From NCBI GenBank assembly GCA_964291675.2, contig OZ219866.1, positions 1,056,001-1,120,000 of the forward strand: a stretch of DNA of 64,000 nt, read 5' to 3'. The notes under the pieces are model-generated. The model was given only the letters and a program-made list of their open reading frames with translations. It searched no databases and had not been told where the DNA came from. Below are positions 61,823 through 64,000 of the stretch, piece after piece. The translations under genes were made by a program, and so were the position numbers. The DNA comes from Alphaproteobacteria bacterium (lineage in GTDB: Bacteria > Pseudomonadota > Alphaproteobacteria > MPNO01). Positions within the stretch are counted from its first letter, which is position 1. Every line of letters begins with the position of its first letter.

Positions 61823-62392
61823 TCAGGCGACCAGCCGGGACCGCGCCGCCCGGGCGACGGCCTCGCCGCCGAGCCCGGCGAAGGCGGGGCCCAGCACGAC
61901 CGCCGTCTCCGCCGCGTCGGCCTCGTCGGGGGCGATCCCGGCGGCGGCGAAATAGGCGCCGACATTGGCCAGCGCATCGGCCAGGCGGCGCGCCTCGTCC
62001 AGCCCCTCGTCGGGCTCGCGGGCGAGCGATCCCGCCAGCATGAGCTGCTCGACATGCTCCAGATCGACCTCGATCTTGGCGATCCGCCGGCGCAGCGGCT
62101 CGCTGAGCGCGAGCGGCGCGGCGCCGAGCCCGCCCTTCAGCCTCTGGCGGACGGCGCGCACGCCGCGCACGATGTCGCGGTGCCAGTCCCCGACGGTCTC
62201 GCACACCAGGGCGATCTCGCCCCCGCCGAGCGCGCCGCGGCCGCTCGCCCCGAGCCAGCAGCAATAGAGCATCACGTTCACGTCGATTTGATACCGCTCC
62301 TGGAGCGCCAGGCAGGCCTCGGGCACGCCGTCGCTGCCATAGACGCGGAGCGAGAAGTCCCAGAACGGGTGATCGGGAAAGTCGGCCGCCAC
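61823..62392 (-). CDS. TIGR02444 (DUF2390) family protein
   Basis: FWDFSLRVY...ACLALQ...DVNVMLYCCW...W...VR.VR..LK...E.VEQ pattern. Confidence 0.9.
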   Translation of the reverse strand: MAADFPDHPFWDFSLRVYGSDGVPEACLALQERYQIDVNVMLYCCWLGASGRGALGGGEIALVCETVGDWHRDIVRGVRAVRQRLKGGLGAAPLALSEPLRRRIAKIEVDLEHVEQLMLAGSLAREPDEGLDEARRLADALANVGAYFAAAGIAPDEADAAETAVVLGPAFAGLGGEAVARAARSRLVA

Positions 62393-62492
62393 TTTTCTGC
62401 CTCCCTGCGGGCATCTCCGTCCAGCCAGTGATAACGGTTCCGGCCGCACTCTGCTATCCTGCCGGCGGACCGTCAGGACTGTTGTCGGTGCC

Positions 62493-62693
62493 ATGGGAGA
62501 CCAGGACATCCTGCGGCGGCGCCTCGCCGAGCTCGAGACCGAACATCGCGACCTCGACGATGTGATCGCCCGCGTTATGGATGCCGTGACCTACGACCAG
62601 CTGCAGGTGCAGCGCCTGAAGAAGCGCAAGCTCCGGTTGAAGGACGAGATCGCGCGCATCCGCGCCCTTCTCGTGCCCGACATCATCGCCTGA
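62493..62693 (+). CDS. DUF465 (YdcH-family) protein
   Basis: EHRDLDDVI...[14 protein letters not shown]...PDIIA. Confidence 0.92.
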   Translation: MGDQDILRRRLAELETEHRDLDDVIARVMDAVTYDQLQVQRLKKRKLRLKDEIARIRALLVPDIIA

Positions 62694-62719
62694 AGCGCCG
62701 CGAAAGGGAGGCGTCGATC

Positions 62720-63235
62720 TTGCCCGCAGAGAGCGAACGGGAGGGTGCGCCCCGGGTCGGGGTGATCATGGGCAGCCGCTCGGACTGGCCGACCATGCGC
62801 CATGCGGTCGACGTGCTGGAGGAGCTCGGGGTCGCGGTCGAGACCCGCGTGGTCTCCGCCCACCGCACGCCGGACCGGCTCTACGCCTATGCCAGCGAGG
62901 CGCGCGGGCGCGGCTTGCAAGTGATCGTCGCGGGCGCCGGCGGGGCCGCCCATCTGCCGGGCATGGCGGCGTCGATGACCGCGCTGCCGGTGTTCGGCGT
63001 CCCCGTCCGCTCGGAGGCGCTGTCGGGTCTCGACAGCCTGCTGTCGATCGTCCAGATGCCGGGCGGGGTGCCGGTCGGGACGCTGGCGATCGGCAGGGCC
63101 GGCGCGCTCAATGCCGGGCTGCTGGCGGCCGCGGTCCTCGCCCTCTCCGATCCGGCGCTGGCGGACCGGCTCGACGACTGGCGCCGCCGGCGCACCGCCG
63201 AGGTGCCCGTCGAGCCGGTCGACCCGGCGGGCTGA
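62720..63235 (+). CDS. purE: N5-CAIR mutase
   Basis: [24 protein letters not shown] and SIVQMP.GVPV motifs. Confidence 0.98.
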   Translation: MPAESEREGAPRVGVIMGSRSDWPTMRHAVDVLEELGVAVETRVVSAHRTPDRLYAYASEARGRGLQVIVAGAGGAAHLPGMAASMTALPVFGVPVRSEALSGLDSLLSIVQMPGGVPVGTLAIGRAGALNAGLLAAAVLALSDPALADRLDDWRRRRTAEVPVEPVDPAG

Positions 63236-63236
63236 C

Positions 63237-64000
63237 ATGGCCGATGCGCCGCCCGGCCTCGAGCCGGGCTCGACGATCGGCATTCTGGGCGGCGGGCAGC
63301 TCGGCCGGATGATCGCGCTGGCCGCCGCGGCGCTCGGCTATCGCTGCCACGTCTACTGCCCCGAGCGCGACGCGCCGGCCGCCGAGATCGCGGCGCGGGC
63401 GACCTGCGCCGGCTACGACGATACCGCGGCGCTCGATGCCTTCGCCGCCGCGGTCGACGTGGCGACGCTCGAATTCGAGAACGTGCCCGCCCGGGCGGTC
63501 GAGCGGATCGCCCGCGCGACCCCGGTGCGGCCCGGCGCGCGGGCGCTCGCGATCGCCCAGGACCGCATCGCCGAGAAAAAATTCCTCAACGCCGTCGGGG
63601 TGGCGACGACGCGCTTCGCCGCCATCGCGTCCGCCGGCGAGCTTGCCCGCGCGATGGCCGGCATCGGCGCGCCCGCGATCCTCAAGACCGCGCGCCTCGG
63701 CTATGACGGCAAGGGCCAGCTTGCGCTCGGGCCGGGCTGCGACCCTCAGGCGGTCTGGCGGGCGCTCGGCGGGCGCCCGGCGATCCTCGAGGCGAAGGTC
63801 GATTTCGAGCGCGAGATCTCGGTGGTGCTGGCGCGCGGCCTCGACGGTGCGACCGCCGTCTTCGACACGGTGGAGAACCGCCACGAGAACGGCATCCTCA
63901 GGACCTCGCTTGTGCCGGCGCGCGTGCCGGGCGAGGTCGACGCCAGGGCGCGCGGAGCCGCGCTCGCCGTCGCCCGGGCGCTCGGCTATGTCGGCGTGCT
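63237..64000 (+). CDS. purK: N5-CAIR synthase, 5' part (runs off the window)
   Basis: IGILGGGQLGRM, EFENVP, QDRIAEK and GYDGKGQ motifs. Confidence 0.96.
   Translation, partial: MADAPPGLEPGSTIGILGGGQLGRMIALAAAALGYRCHVYCPERDAPAAEIAARATCAGYDDTAALDAFAAAVDVATLEFENVPARAVERIARATPVRPGARALAIAQDRIAEKKFLNAVGVATTRFAAIASAGELARAMAGIGAPAILKTARLGYDGKGQLALGPGCDPQAVWRALGGRPAILEAKVDFEREISVVLARGLDGATAVFDTVENRHENGILRTSLVPARVPGEVDARARGAALAVARALGYVGV

Overview
A very GC-rich alphaproteobacterial chromosomal window, probably Rhodospirillales-like judging by gene order; the taxon is inferred. Conserved core blocks are pnp, ispG, tRNA-Ala(GGC)-TIGR02300-aroA-cmk-rpsA-sppA-ihfB-lapA-trpFBA-accD-folC, polA, and trcR-prpE-purEK. 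They alternate with an accessory region of about 31 kb (roughly 5.9-37.7 kb) rich in catabolic enzymes: flavin monooxygenases, a TRAP transporter, hydrolases and purine deaminases. A second insert at 52.1-57.6 kb holds a putA remnant, an amino-acid ABC transporter, a class IV aminotransferase and a GntR regulator. Highlights: (1) a translationally coupled operon of an ICL-family decarboxylase, an MHPCO-like pyridine ring-cleaving oxygenase and a reversed-order ComE-ComD TPP decarboxylase fusion, bracketed together with a pemIK toxin-antitoxin pair by two copies of a palindromic repeat; (2) a candidate ~105-nt sRNA with its own extended -10 promoter and terminator next to tRNA-Ala; (3) an Irr box overlapping the irr stop codon in front of katG; (4) a perfect parS site; (5) a one-base frameshift in ispG; (6) an internally deleted putA relic; (7) an orphan LigA-like gene paired with a metallo-beta-lactamase-fold lactonase. 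No CRISPR array, rRNA, integrase or transposase was seen. All protein family calls come from motif recognition and recalled sequences, not from database searches.
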